Source of the DNA: an uncultured delta proteobacterium
GTDB lineage: Bacteria > Myxococcota_A > Polyangia > Palsa-1104
Direction of reading: 5' to 3'
Assembly: GCA_963785725.1 (NCBI GenBank)
Contig: CAWAWS010000006.1
Location: 350,109-414,108 of the forward strand
DNA: 64,000 nt
Under the pieces are notes generated by a model that did no database searches, was not told the origin of the DNA, and saw only the letters and a program-made list of their open reading frames with translations. The translations under genes were made by a program, and so were the position numbers. Within the stretch, counting starts at the first letter, position 1. The number at the start of each line of letters is the position of its first letter. Below are positions 21,371 to 31,649 of this stretch, in pieces.

Positions 21371-22400
21371 CGCAGTCGAGCTCCGCCTTTTCCGTCTCCG
21401 CTTCGCGCAGGTGATTGCTGTCGGGAAAGTCGCGAATGAGCCGCTGCACGGCCTTGCACGCGGCGTCTTTGTCGTTCTGCGCGCGACGCACGCGGGTGAG
21501 CTCGAGCAGCGCGTCGTCGCGCAGCGTCGACTCCTTGAAGTCGTCGGCCAGCCGCTCGAAGGCGTCGCCGGCGCGCGTCAGATCGTGCAGATCGTCGAGG
21601 TAGATCTTACCGATGAGGAGCTGCGCGTCGTCGAGCTGCAGGTAATTGTAGCTGCCGGTGATGAGCGCGACGCGCTTGGTGGCGACCATGGCGCGCAGGC
21701 GGCGCAGCGCGCCCTGAAAGTCGCCGGCGGCGCGCGCCAGGCCGGCGGCGCGCCAGATGGCGTCGTCGCGCAGGCTCGAACGGGGCCAGTGCTCGGCGAG
21801 CGCGTCGAAGGCGGCGATGGCGTCGGCGTCGTGCTCGTGGCGCGTGAACAAGAGCGCGCGGGCGTAGGCGATGTTGTCGGCGATGTCGAAGCGCTCGAGG
21901 CGCGTCTGCAGCTCGGCCAACTTCGCCGCCAGCGCTTGCCAATCGCGCGGCTCGTCGAGGCGCACGGCGAGCGTCAGCGCGTCGTCGGTCGAGCGTTCGT
22001 CGGGCGCGTTCTCGACGCAGCGCCAGGCCAGCTCGCGCGCGGCGTTGTCGTCGCCGAGCCGCGCGTGCGCCAGCGACGCCGCGCGCGACCAGGCTCGCGC
22101 CCGCGTCGTCGCCACGTGCGACATCGTCGCCGCGCGCAGCCACGCCGCGTAGGCCGGCTGCCACTGTTGATGATCCTCGGCCAATTCGGCGCTGCGCACG
22201 GCGGCCAGCGCGCAGTCGTCGTTGGCGAGCGGCTGCGTCCGACAGCGCGCCTCGAACGCGGCGTAGATCTGCTGCGCGCGCTCGGGCGACTGCGACTCCA
22301 GCTGCTGCGCGCGCCACAAATCGTCGGGCAGCGGCGCGCCGGCGCAGGCCGCCAAGAGGAGCGTCGTCGTCGCCCCGATGAACGATCGCGCGCGTCTCAC
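21363..22400 (-). CDS. TPR-repeat lipoprotein
   Basis: LLLAAC lipobox; repeated helical units ending (W/F)PxS..DDA; GTGA overlap with ltaE. Confidence 0.8.
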   Translation of the reverse strand: MRRARSFIGATTTLLLAACAGAPLPDDLWRAQQLESQSPERAQQIYAAFEARCRTQPLANDDCALAAVRSAELAEDHQQWQPAYAAWLRAATMSHVATTRARAWSRAASLAHARLGDDNAARELAWRCVENAPDERSTDDALTLAVRLDEPRDWQALAAKLAELQTRLERFDIADNIAYARALLFTRHEHDADAIAAFDALAEHWPRSSLRDDAIWRAAGLARAAGDFQGALRRLRAMVATKRVALITGSYNYLQLDDAQLLIGKIYLDDLHDLTRAGDAFERLADDFKESTLRDDALLELTRVRRAQNDKDAACKAVQRLIRDFPDSNHLREAETEKAELDCGE

Positions 22401-23434
22401 GCCGCGCGCAAGACGGCGGCGGCGAGCTCGGCGGCGACGCTGCAGGCTTGGGCGTCGACGTCGAGGTGCGTGACGGCGCGCAGCTTGCGCGGGCCGACGC
22501 TGTTGACGTAGAGGCCGTGGCTGCGCGCGCGCGTGACGAAGCCGGCGGCGTCGAACGGACAGTCGCTCGTCAGATCCCAGATGACGATGTTGGTCTCGAC
22601 GCCGGCCAAGTCGACGGCGATGCCGGGCAGCCGCGCCAAACCCTCGGCGAAGCGGCGCGCGTTGGCGTGATCCTCGGCCAGCCGCGCCACGTTGTGCTCG
22701 AGCGCGTACAGGCCGCCGGCCGCGAGCAGGCCCGCTTGGCGCATGCCGCCGCCGTACATCTTGCGCCGGCGCAGCGCGCGGTGAATCAGCTCTTTGGTTC
22801 CCGCCAACACCGAGCCCACCGGCGCGCCCAAGCCCTTCGACAGGCACAGGCTGATCGTATCGAACGGCGCCGACAATTCGCGCGCGCTCTTGCCGGTGGC
22901 GATGTGCGCGTTCATGAGGCGCGCGCCGTCGAGGTGCAGGCCGAGCCCGCGCTGCTTCGTCAACGCCGCGATCTTCACGATCTCCGCTTGCGGGAAGATG
23001 CTGCCGCCGCCGCGATTGTGCGTGTTCTCGATGGCGACGAGCGTCGTCGGCGCGAAGTGGTGATTGTCGGGATTGATGGCGGCCGCGACCTCGTCGGCGG
23101 TGAAGCGGCCCTGCTTGTCGCCGATGACGCTGCACTGCACGCCGGCGAGCGCGCCCGCGGCGCCCGACTCGAAGACCATGCAGTGCGCGCCTTGCGAGAC
23201 CAAGACGTCGTCGCCTGGCCGCGTGTGAATGGCGAGCGCGATCTGATTCGCCATCGTCCCCGACGGCACGAAGAGCGCGGCCTCTTTGCCGAGCAGCGCG
23301 GCGACGCGCTCCTGCAGCGCGTTCACCGTCGGATCCTCGCCGTAAACGTCGTCGCCGACTTCGGCGCGCGCCATGGCGTCGCGCATCGCCTGCGAGGGCT
23401 TGGTCACCGTGTCCGAGCGCAAATCGACGATCAT
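22397..23434 (-). CDS. ltaE: Low-specificity L-threonine aldolase
   Basis: [53 protein letters not shown]. Confidence 0.96.
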   Translation of the reverse strand: MIVDLRSDTVTKPSQAMRDAMARAEVGDDVYGEDPTVNALQERVAALLGKEAALFVPSGTMANQIALAIHTRPGDDVLVSQGAHCMVFESGAAGALAGVQCSVIGDKQGRFTADEVAAAINPDNHHFAPTTLVAIENTHNRGGGSIFPQAEIVKIAALTKQRGLGLHLDGARLMNAHIATGKSARELSAPFDTISLCLSKGLGAPVGSVLAGTKELIHRALRRRKMYGGGMRQAGLLAAGGLYALEHNVARLAEDHANARRFAEGLARLPGIAVDLAGVETNIVIWDLTSDCPFDAAGFVTRARSHGLYVNSVGPRKLRAVTHLDVDAQACSVAAELAAAVLRAA

Positions 23435-23513
23435 GCGCGGCAGCTTAGCACCGAAAGCGAGCGGTGGAGTGAGTCGCCGGCGCGCTCCGCGATCGCGAAA
23501 AGGTGTAACGAAA

Positions 23514-23927
23514 CTACGCGCCGAGATCTTTGGGCGCGACGGGTGGCGGCGGCGGCGGTGGTGGCGGCGTCGGCGTGCCGCGCTCGTCGCGCAGCTTGCG
23601 CTCGAGGAGCTCGAGCCAGCGCAGCTCCATCCCGTGCGTGTCGTCGCCGAGCGTAATCTGCGCGCGCACGCCCGCGCCCGCTTTGATGAGCTCGATCGAG
23701 CCACGCTTCACCTTGCCGTCGTCGAGACATTCGAAGGCGACGAAGGCGGCGTCGGGATCCTTGTCGACGATCTTGCAGCCCTTGTCGATGCGCACGAAGC
23801 GCACCGCCGTCGAGAACGTCTCGGTGACGCTCCACGGCCACTCGCTCTGCGCGCGCGCCTCGACGCGACCGCCGCCGATTGCAGCGGCGAGCACCACCAG
23901 GCCGACGACGACGAGCACGCGCTTCAT
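23514..23927 (-). CDS. Exported hypothetical protein with Pro-rich tail
   Basis: Signal peptide, two Cys, poly-Pro C-terminus. Confidence 0.75.
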   Translation of the reverse strand: MKRVLVVVGLVVLAAAIGGGRVEARAQSEWPWSVTETFSTAVRFVRIDKGCKIVDKDPDAAFVAFECLDDGKVKRGSIELIKAGAGVRAQITLGDDTHGMELRWLELLERKLRDERGTPTPPPPPPPPPVAPKDLGA

Positions 23928-24036
23928 CGGCCCATGCTACGAGCCTGGCTGAAGACGGCAACTTTTGCGGGGAGACTGCAACGCTGCGGGTCGCTGAAGC
24001 CGCAGATCGGCCGAGCGACCCGAGCGTGGTGAACGC

Positions 24037-25336
24037 TTACAGCGACAACAGCTTGGCGCGCGCGTCTTTGACGTTCTTCATCGCGTTGCGCGTGTCGACG
24101 ACGATCTTGGCCTTGGCGCCGACGGCCTTGTAGTCGACCGCGGTGTGATCGGTGACGATGATGACGCAGTCGAAGCTGTCGAGCTTGTCGAACGGCACCG
24201 ACTTGCAGCGAGTGCTCGCCAATCTGCACGGTCGGGCAGTGCGGATCGTGATAGCTGACGTCGGCGCCCTTCTTTTGCAGCAGCTCGATGACGTCGAGCG
24301 CCGGCGATTCGCGCAGATCCTCGATGTCCTTCTTGTAGGCGATGCCGAGCACGAGGATCTTGCTGCCGTTGATGGCCTTCTTGGCCTCGTTGAGCGCGTC
24401 CTGCGTCTTTTCGACGACGAGATGCGGCATGTGCGAGTTGATCTCGTCGGCGAGCGTGATGAAGCGCGCTTCGTACTTGAGCGTGCGCAGCTTCCACGAC
24501 AAATAGAGCGGATCGACCGGGATGCAGTGCCCGCCGAGGCCCGGACCCGGGTAGAACTTCATGAAGCCGAAGGGCTTGGTCGCCGCGGCGTCGATGACTT
24601 CCCAGGTGTTCATGCCGAGCTTGTGGCACATGATGGCCACTTCGTTCACGAGGCCGATGTTGACCGCGCGGAACGTGTTCTCGAGCAGCTTGCACATCTC
24701 GGCCGCGTCGGTCGACGACACCGGAACGAGTGTGTCGATGACGTGGCCGTACATCGCCTGAATCGCCTCCAAGCAGCGCGGCGTCGTGCCGCCGACCACC
24801 TTGGGCGTGTTCTTGGTCTGGAACTTCTCGTTACCCGGATCGACGCGCTCGGGCGAGAAGCACAAGAAGAAGTCTTCGCCGACCTTGAGCCCCGACTCGT
24901 TCAGCTTGGGCAGCAGGATCTCGCGCGTGAAGCCTGGAAACGTCGTCGACTCGAGGACGATCAGCATGTCCTTGTGCAACATCGGCTTCAGGTCTTCGGC
25001 CGCCATCATGATGAAGCCGTTGTCCGGCTCCTTCGTCTTGTTGAGCGGCGTCGGCACGCAGATGACCACGACGTCGGCTTCGCCGAGCACCTTCGGATCG
25101 CCCGAGGCGTCGAGCTTGCCCGACTTGACGAGCGGCGCGAGCACGCTGTCCGGGATGTCGCCGATATACGACTTCCCTTCATTGACCGACTTCACCTTGA
25201 AGTCGTGCTTGTCGTAGCCGGTCGTGCGGAACCCCGCCTTCGCCATTTCGACGCAGAGCGGAAGCCCGACATAACCGATGCCGATGACGGCAACCTTCGC
25301 CTCGTGGGTCTTGATCTTCTCGAGCAACGTGGCCAT
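24037..25336 (-). CDS. Nucleotide-sugar (UDP-glucose/GDP-mannose family, UDP-GlcNAc-type) 6-dehydrogenase; one-base frameshift near 24205
   Basis: GIGYVGLP, CVPTP, LESTTFPG, SPERVDPG, GPGLGGHCIP; C-terminal VTDH..VVDTRN in next frame. Confidence 0.93.
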
Positions 25337-25393
25337 GCGCGTGTCTCCTCGTAGTGCCGTATGTCGCTTTATAAGGCTTACTCGGCAGGTTCT

Positions 25394-26113
25394 CTAGTCG
25401 GGCAGCTCGCCTTGCAAGATCCGGCGCGGATTTTCCTCCAGCAATCGGCGTACTGCGCCGTCGCCGAGCTTTTTTTGCAGCCAGCGAATTCCTAGTCCCG
25501 CGTCCTTCGCGTCTTCCGCCGAATGCACGTCGCTGGCGCAGGCGTGCGCGAGCCCATCGCGCACCAAGCGCTGCGCCGCTTCGCCGGCGACCGGACCGTG
25601 CGCGCCGGCGAGCGCGCCCAAATCGACGACGAGAGCGGCCGTGCGACCGATCGCCGCCAGGCGCTCCGGTTGGCGACAGAGCCCGTGATAACGCTCGGGA
25701 TGCGCCAACACCGGCAAGCGACCGCGCGCGCGCAAACGGAAGAGCTGTTCCTCCAGCTGCGGCGGTGTGGCTACCGGCGCGACCTCGACGAGGAACGCGC
25801 GTTCTCCGGTGTACGCCGGCTGCGCATCGGTGCGCGCACGCTCCAGAAACAGCTCGTCCCAAAAATTCTCAGCTCCGAGGCGTAGCTCGACGGAAACGTG
25901 CGCTTCGGCGAGCGCGGCCACGACTTCGGCACGCGCCTTGGAAATAGCCTCGCTCGTCGGCACCCACGAGCCGACCTTTTGGTGCGGGGTGCAACAGACG
26001 ACGTCGAAGCCGAGCCGACCGAGCAGGCCCACGACCTCTACCGCCTCCGCGAGCGTCTTGACGCCGTCGTCGAGCGCGGGAAGGACGTGGGAGTGCAGGT
26101 CGACGAAGCCCAT
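25394..26113 (-). CDS. PHP-family tyrosine-protein phosphatase (CpsB/CapC/YwqE type)
   Basis: DLHSHVLPALDDG, TPH, LAHPERY, ASDVH, NPRRIL. Confidence 0.92.
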   Translation of the reverse strand: MGFVDLHSHVLPALDDGVKTLAEAVEVVGLLGRLGFDVVCCTPHQKVGSWVPTSEAISKARAEVVAALAEAHVSVELRLGAENFWDELFLERARTDAQPAYTGERAFLVEVAPVATPPQLEEQLFRLRARGRLPVLAHPERYHGLCRQPERLAAIGRTAALVVDLGALAGAHGPVAGEAAQRLVRDGLAHACASDVHSAEDAKDAGLGIRWLQKKLGDGAVRRLLEENPRRILQGELPD

Positions 26114-26151
26114 TGGCAGTTGGGGATTGTAAAGCAAAAGGCGAAAAATAA

Positions 26152-26937
26152 ATGCAAGACGGTCGATCCACAGATTTGGCAGGGTTGCAGGGCGCGGACG
26201 GCTCGGTGATGTTCTCGCTGCGGGAGCTGCGCGATTTGGAGGTCGAGCGCATCGAAGACGAGATCGCCGCCGATCGCCGGCGACAGGCGCAACGCGAGGA
26301 GGCGCAGCGGGCGGCGGCCGCCGCCGAGGCCGCGCGAGTTGCCGAGGCGCAGCGCGCGGAAATCGCGCGGCAGCACGCGATGGCCGAGGAGCGCGAGCGC
26401 AATCGGCGGCGCGACGAGCTCGAGCTCATCGCCATCGAAGCGCGGCTCGACCAGGAGGAGCAAGAGCGGCTGGAGACCGTGCGGCGCGCGGCCGAAGCGC
26501 AGGCGGCGATCGACATCAAGCGCGCGTCGCCGGTGCGCAAAGTGGTCGGCCTCGTCGGTGCGGTGGTCGCGTTCGGCGGCATCACGGTGGCGCTGTTGAT
26601 GCGCTCGGGTGACGCGGAGCTGGCGCGCACGCAAGCGGACATGAAGGCGCAGGCGCTGGCGGCGCAGCGGGTCGTCGACGAGGCCAACGAGGCCGAGGTG
26701 GCGCGCTTTACGACGCAGCTGGCCGGTCTGCAGTCGGAATTGGCGGCGGCGCAAGCGCGCGAGCAGGCGGCGCAAGAAGCGGCGCGGGCGGCGCGGCACG
26801 AAGAAGAGGAGCGCGCGCGGCAAGCCACGCCGCGTCATCATCGGGTGGCGACCGCGGGAGCCAGTCGGCCGGGAGCAAAATCGGCCGCTTCCGCGCCCCT
26901 CGATTCGGCCGCCGAAAGCATCCTCGACAATCTGTAA
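26152..26937 (+). CDS. Single-TM coiled-coil protein with SVMFSL motif
   Basis: E/R/A-rich heptads, central TM, paralogous to next gene. Confidence 0.8.
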   Translation: MQDGRSTDLAGLQGADGSVMFSLRELRDLEVERIEDEIAADRRRQAQREEAQRAAAAAEAARVAEAQRAEIARQHAMAEERERNRRRDELELIAIEARLDQEEQERLETVRRAAEAQAAIDIKRASPVRKVVGLVGAVVAFGGITVALLMRSGDAELARTQADMKAQALAAQRVVDEANEAEVARFTTQLAGLQSELAAAQAREQAAQEAARAARHEEEERARQATPRHHRVATAGASRPGAKSAASAPLDSAAESILDNL

Positions 26938-27002
26938 TCTCGCGGCCTTGAACCGGAACATCGGCTATGCTAGACCTACCGAATCAGGTAGGAGTCCCCG
27001 TA

Positions 27003-27743
27003 ATGGCCGAGCGTCGTGAAAACTCCGTCCTCTTTTCGCTGAACGAGCTGCGCAACATCGAGCAGGATCGCGTGCGCGGCGAAGAGGAAGCCGAGCAGTC
27101 CCGCATCGAGGCGGATCGGCGGGCGCGCGAAGAAGAAATTCGTCGCGCCAAGGAGGCCGAAGAGGCCAAGAAGCGCGCGGAAGAAGATCGTATCCGCGCC
27201 GATCAACTGGAAAAAGAGCGGATTGCGCGCGAGCACGACCTGCGGCTCAAGGAGTCGGAGCGGCGGGCGCAGATCGAAGCGGCGGCCAAGCTCGAGCAGG
27301 CGCGTATCGAAGCCGAGGCGCGGGCACGCATCGAGGGCAAGAAGTTCCCGACGACGCAGGTGGTCGGCGGCATCATCGCCCTCGTCCTCGTCGCCGGCGG
27401 CATCATGAGCTACCTCGTGTCGACGCATAACGCCGAGATGGCGCGGCAGCAGGCGGAGATGGCGCAGCAGCAGCAGAAGGCGGAAGCCGATCGCCGCGCC
27501 GAGCAGGTGCGCCAGCAAGCGCTGCAGAAGCAGCTCGACGACATGCAGGCGCAGCTGTCGAAGGCCAACACCGACGCCGAGAAGGCGCAGATTCGCGCCA
27601 AGATCGCGGCCACGGTCGCAGAGAAGACGACGCGTCCGGCGGCGGCTTCGCACGCGCAGGCGGCGCGCCCGGCCAAGGAGAAGGCGGCGGCCAAGCCGAA
27701 CGTCAAGACCACCGACGATCCGTTGGGCGGCTTGGGTCTGTAG
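27003..27743 (+). CDS. Single-TM coiled-coil protein with ENSVLFSL motif
   Basis: AGGAG RBS; MAERRENSVLFSLNEL; charged coiled coil, TM, C-terminal DDPLGGL. Confidence 0.85.
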   Translation: MAERRENSVLFSLNELRNIEQDRVRGEEEAEQSRIEADRRAREEEIRRAKEAEEAKKRAEEDRIRADQLEKERIAREHDLRLKESERRAQIEAAAKLEQARIEAEARARIEGKKFPTTQVVGGIIALVLVAGGIMSYLVSTHNAEMARQQAEMAQQQQKAEADRRAEQVRQQALQKQLDDMQAQLSKANTDAEKAQIRAKIAATVAEKTTRPAAASHAQAARPAKEKAAAKPNVKTTDDPLGGLGL

Positions 27744-27818
27744 CTCGTCCCGCTTCGTTCGACCCGTTCCAATCATCGTAAATTTCGACGTCGCGCGAGT
27801 GGCCGCTATGATGCGGGC

Positions 27819-28232
27819 ATGAGTGACGACAAGAACGCGATCGTGCGGCAGCAGCCGTATGCGATCGCGCCGCAGGACGGCGTTCGTTCGCAGCTGGTGT
27901 CGACGTCGTTCACGATCGAAGGGCACCGCATCGTCAAGAGCTTGGGCGTCGTGCGCGGCATCGTCGTGCGGTCGCGCTCGGTGATCGGCAGCCTGGGCGC
28001 GGCGTTACAGACGATCTTCGGCGGCAACATCACCATCCTGACCAACCTGTGCGAGCAGGCGCGGTCGGAGGCGTTCCACGTCATGCAGGTGCACGCGGCG
28101 CAGCTCGGCGCCAACGGCATCATCGGCATGCGCTACGACGCGACCGAGCTGATGGCCGGCGTCACCGAGGTGCTCGCCTACGGCACGGCCGTGGTGGTCG
28201 AGCCCGAAGCCGGACCCAGCGCCTATCGTTGA
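27819..28232 (+). CDS. YbjQ/UPF0145 family protein
   Basis: [34 protein letters not shown]. Confidence 0.92.
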   Translation: MSDDKNAIVRQQPYAIAPQDGVRSQLVSTSFTIEGHRIVKSLGVVRGIVVRSRSVIGSLGAALQTIFGGNITILTNLCEQARSEAFHVMQVHAAQLGANGIIGMRYDATELMAGVTEVLAYGTAVVVEPEAGPSAYR

Positions 28233-28392
28233 CCGGCCGTCGTTGACGGCGACGAAGCGGCCGCGCGATTCTGCGTGTTGATCTTTTTCGTGACGTCGAC
28301 TATGAACGTTGCACCGCGAATCGCGCCGGACGTCGCCAGCGACGGAGTGGGGCGATGATGGTGCAAGTCAGCGGCTGAAAAAGAGAGCACAG

Positions 28393-28465
28393 GGTGCCGT
28401 CGCCAAGCTGGTAAGGCAACGGACTGCAAATCCGTCATTCCCCGGTTCAAATCCGGGCGGCACCT
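28393..28465 (+). tRNA. tRNA-Cys (GCA)
   Basis: Acceptor stem GGTGCCG/CGGCACC, anticodon arm ACGGA-CTGCAAA-TCCGT, T-arm GGTTCAAATCC, U discriminator; CCA not encoded. Confidence 0.97.
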
Positions 28466-28480
28466 CGAAGGCAGTAAGCG

Positions 28481-28509
28481 AAAAGCCCCGATGACCTCGG
28501 GGCTTTTTT
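28481..28509. terminator. Bidirectional intrinsic terminator
   Basis: AAAAGCCCCGA-TGACC-TCGGGGCTTTTTT between tRNA and convergent gene. Confidence 0.85.
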
Positions 28510-29104
28510 ACGTCCGGACGGCGCTGCTCGTCGCCGCCGGCGCGGGCGACCGCGAAGGCGCGGCGCTCCACATCGGCCACGTCGCCAGCCCGAGGTACAA
28601 GCCGAGCGCGACGACGAGCCACGGGATGGTCGAGCGCTCGATCGCGAAGCCGCGCTCGAGGCGGCGCGATCGCCACTGCCACACGGCCCAGCCGGCATAT
28701 ACGGCGACGACGGCCAGCGTGGCCACGTAGACTGTCGGACCCGCGGGCGCGAGCCAAGCGGTGGTGGGGCGGACGAAGTCGAGCGACTCGAGCAGCGTCT
28801 TGACGCCGATGGCGACGCCGGTGCCGGTCCAAAAGCGGAGCCAGCCGGGGCGACGACGCGATTGCGCGGCCAGCAGCGTGGCGGCGACCAGCTGCGCGAC
28901 GCCCATCAGCGGAATGCGCAGCGCGCTGACCGCGCTCTTGGGCATGAGCCGCGTCGCCGCGCCCGACCACGTGCGGTAGACGAAGAGCCAGTCGGGCAAG
29001 TCGTGGTAGCGCGCCACGACGAGGACGAGCCCGGCCAGCGCCGCGATGAAGGCGCCACGAAGGAGTGAGCGGGGCGCGGCGTCCATCGCGACATCGATGG
29101 TCAT
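28508..29104 (-). CDS. Membrane protein (DUF1648-like N-terminus)
   Basis: About 5 TM segments; YHDLPD..G..K pattern after first TM; start codon uncertain. Confidence 0.6.
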   Translation of the reverse strand: MTIDVAMDAAPRSLLRGAFIAALAGLVLVVARYHDLPDWLFVYRTWSGAATRLMPKSAVSALRIPLMGVAQLVAATLLAAQSRRRPGWLRFWTGTGVAIGVKTLLESLDFVRPTTAWLAPAGPTVYVATLAVVAVYAGWAVWQWRSRRLERGFAIERSTIPWLVVALGLYLGLATWPMWSAAPSRSPAPAATSSAVRT

Positions 29105-29137
29105 CGTCGGGCGCGCTGTCAAGGCGCGACGAGCGCG

Positions 29138-29623
29138 TCAGTCTTCGTCGGCGAACCAGATGAGGCCGATCGTGACCGCGTCGGCCGCGACCACGCCGAG
29201 GTCGAACGTATGCCGCGTGCGCGACGTCCACGACGCCAGCGCGCGCGGCCCGCTCTCCGCTTCCACCGCGTTCGTGTACAGCTGCGCCGCGTCGCCGAAA
29301 CGGTCGAAGAACTCGCCCGCCGCCTCCTCCGCCTGCGCGACGTCGCTGTCACGCGCTTCGTTGGCGTACGCGAGGTCATGACGCATCCAATGGACGACGA
29401 GCGCCCGCGCCTCCTCCATCCCGATCTCGCGCCAACCTTCGCTGCCCGGCGTCTGATCGCCGTCTTTGCCGAGCGACCGCAGATTCGCGGCGTCGACGTA
29501 GGCTTCCAGCTCGTCGAACGAGACCGCGCCCTGTCGCGAGCGGACGCGCCAATCGCACAACACCCAGCCCGCCTCGCGGATGGCGCGCATTCGACTGGTG
29601 AGCTCTTCGGGCGAGGTCGACAT
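29138..29623 (-). CDS. Hypothetical acidic protein
   Basis: GGAAGG RBS; downstream of amidase; ends TFDLGV..GLIWFADED. Confidence 0.7.
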   Translation of the reverse strand: MSTSPEELTSRMRAIREAGWVLCDWRVRSRQGAVSFDELEAYVDAANLRSLGKDGDQTPGSEGWREIGMEEARALVVHWMRHDLAYANEARDSDVAQAEEAAGEFFDRFGDAAQLYTNAVEAESGPRALASWTSRTRHTFDLGVVAADAVTIGLIWFADED

Positions 29624-29636
29624 CGCGCCTTCCATA

Positions 29637-31463
29637 TCACGCGAAGGCGGGCGGGCGCTCCTTGGCGACGCCGGCGGCCGTTTCCAGCGCCAGACCGACG
29701 CGACCGAGCAAACCCTCGTCGAACAGGCGGCCGACGAGCGTCGGGCCGTGCGGCACGCGGCGCGGCGGCGCAAACGTCGGCAGCGGCCGCGCCGGATCGG
29801 GCGCCCAATCGCTGCGCGCTTTGTCGACGCTGATGAAGCCCGTGCGCAGCGTCAGCGACGGATGGCCGGTGAAGTTGGAGATCGTCAGCATCTCGTCGCG
29901 CAGCGACGGCACGATGAGCACATCCGCCTCCGTCATCAGCCGCGCCATCTCGACGGCCACGCGACGGCGCAGTCGATCGGCCTGCACGAAGTCGATCGCC
30001 GACAGGAAACGCGCCTGCCGCACCGAGTTGGGCCAGGCGTCGGCCACTTGCATCTTGAGCGCGTCGAGGCCGTGACCGAGCGCCAGCTCTTCGAAGGAGG
30101 CGCCCACTTCGCCCATCAAGATCGTCTGCAGCGACGCATAAGGCCAATCGGGCAGCTTGACCTCGACGAGCTTGATGCCGAGACCGCGCAAGAGGTCGAG
30201 CGCTTGCCGATCGACTTCGGTCGCGGGCGCTTCGTTCATCCACGCCGGGACATAGCCGACGCGCAGGCCGCGCACCGGCGCCGTCGCGTCGAAGTCGAGG
30301 CGGCTCGGGACGCTCGACGGATCGCCGGCGTCGGGACCGCTCAAGACGCGCAAGACCAAGAGCGTGTCCTCGACGGTGCGCGCCATCGGGCCGAGCTTGT
30401 CGAGCGACCAGCTCAGCGTGAGCGCGCCGGTGCGCGGCACGCGGCCGAACGTCGGGCGCAAGCCGGCGACGCCGCAGCGCGTGCTCGGCGACACGATGCT
30501 GCCCAGCGTCTCCGAGCCGAGCGCAAAGCCGACGAGCCCAGCGGCGACGGCGGCGCCCGGTCCGGCGCTCGAGCCCGACGCGCCCTCTTCGAGCAGCCAC
30601 GGATTCTTGGTCTGCCCGCCGAACCAGACGTCGTTGAGCGCGAGCGCGCCCAGGCTCAATTTCGCGACGAGGACGGCGCCGGCGTCGCGCAAGCGGCGCA
30701 CGACGGTGGCGTCTTCGCCGGGCACGCGCGTGCGGAAGGGCTCGGCGCCGTAGGTCGTCGCGACGCCGGCCGTGTCGACGAGATCTTTGGCGCCCCAAGG
30801 AACGCCGTGCAGCGGGCCGCGATAGTGACCGCGCTCGAGCTCGCTGTCGGCGCGACGCGCTTCGGCCAGCGCTTCGTCGCGCAGGATCGTGATGCTGCAC
30901 AAGAGGCGCGACTGATAACGCTCGAGCCGCTCGAGGTAGATGCGCGTCAACCGCTCGGACGTCAGGCGCCGCGTCTCCAGCCAGCGCGACAGCGAAGTCA
31001 GCGGCGCGAACGCGATGTCTTCGTCGGCGAGCGGCAGGGCCGGCGTCGCCGTATGGCTGCGCACGAACCGGTCCTTCGTCACCTTGGGCGTCGCTCCCGC
31101 CGCCGTCGGGCCGAGCAGCGACGACGGTTGCCAGCGTGTCGCCGGCGCGCCGTCGAGCGGCACTTTGCGCGGTCCGGTGCGCCGTTCGAGCATGGGCGCC
31201 ATCGACTGCCGCCAGTTCGACGCCGCCAAGGCGCGCTCCGCCGGCGTCAGCTTGACCTGCATCAGCTTCTCGGCCTCGGCGAACGTGGCCGCGCTGACCT
31301 CCGGTCCGACGGGCGGCGCCGTGCCGAACGCCGGCGGCGAGGTCGCGGCCGGTGCGGCTTTGGCGTCGACTTTGCCGTCGGCGAGCGCGCGGCGATCGCC
31401 GGAAGCGACCGCCGCCAAGCCGAGCGCGGTGCGAGCAATGAACTGGCGGCGCGAGCTGGCCAT
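29637..31463 (-). CDS. Amidase signature family protein, Tat-exported
   Basis: SRRQFI Tat motif; GPLHGVPWGAKD, SGSSAG, GSETLGSIVSP, GLRPTFGRV. Confidence 0.93.
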   Translation of the reverse strand: MASSRRQFIARTALGLAAVASGDRRALADGKVDAKAAPAATSPPAFGTAPPVGPEVSAATFAEAEKLMQVKLTPAERALAASNWRQSMAPMLERRTGPRKVPLDGAPATRWQPSSLLGPTAAGATPKVTKDRFVRSHTATPALPLADEDIAFAPLTSLSRWLETRRLTSERLTRIYLERLERYQSRLLCSITILRDEALAEARRADSELERGHYRGPLHGVPWGAKDLVDTAGVATTYGAEPFRTRVPGEDATVVRRLRDAGAVLVAKLSLGALALNDVWFGGQTKNPWLLEEGASGSSAGPGAAVAAGLVGFALGSETLGSIVSPSTRCGVAGLRPTFGRVPRTGALTLSWSLDKLGPMARTVEDTLLVLRVLSGPDAGDPSSVPSRLDFDATAPVRGLRVGYVPAWMNEAPATEVDRQALDLLRGLGIKLVEVKLPDWPYASLQTILMGEVGASFEELALGHGLDALKMQVADAWPNSVRQARFLSAIDFVQADRLRRRVAVEMARLMTEADVLIVPSLRDEMLTISNFTGHPSLTLRTGFISVDKARSDWAPDPARPLPTFAPPRRVPHGPTLVGRLFDEGLLGRVGLALETAAGVAKERPPAFA

Positions 31464-31649
31464 GCGATCGATGCCTCCGAAAGCGTAGACAGTAGCGCAG
31501 TTGCAACGGTGGACGCGAACGCTGCCGCGGCCGCTCGTGTTACAGGGAAGCGGCGTCGATCGTCGCTCGCAAATGTGGATAAATGTAAAGGGTCAGTAAT
31601 GTTGGATTGCTCGATCGAAAAGCCGCCGTCATGATGTAACGACGTGTCT

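Noticed and set aside
31574..31582. Perfect DnaA box (TGTGGATAA) in an AT-rich intergenic stretch; possible oriC
   Set aside because: Single box, no cluster, no dnaA/dnaN/gidA context; at most a regulatory site
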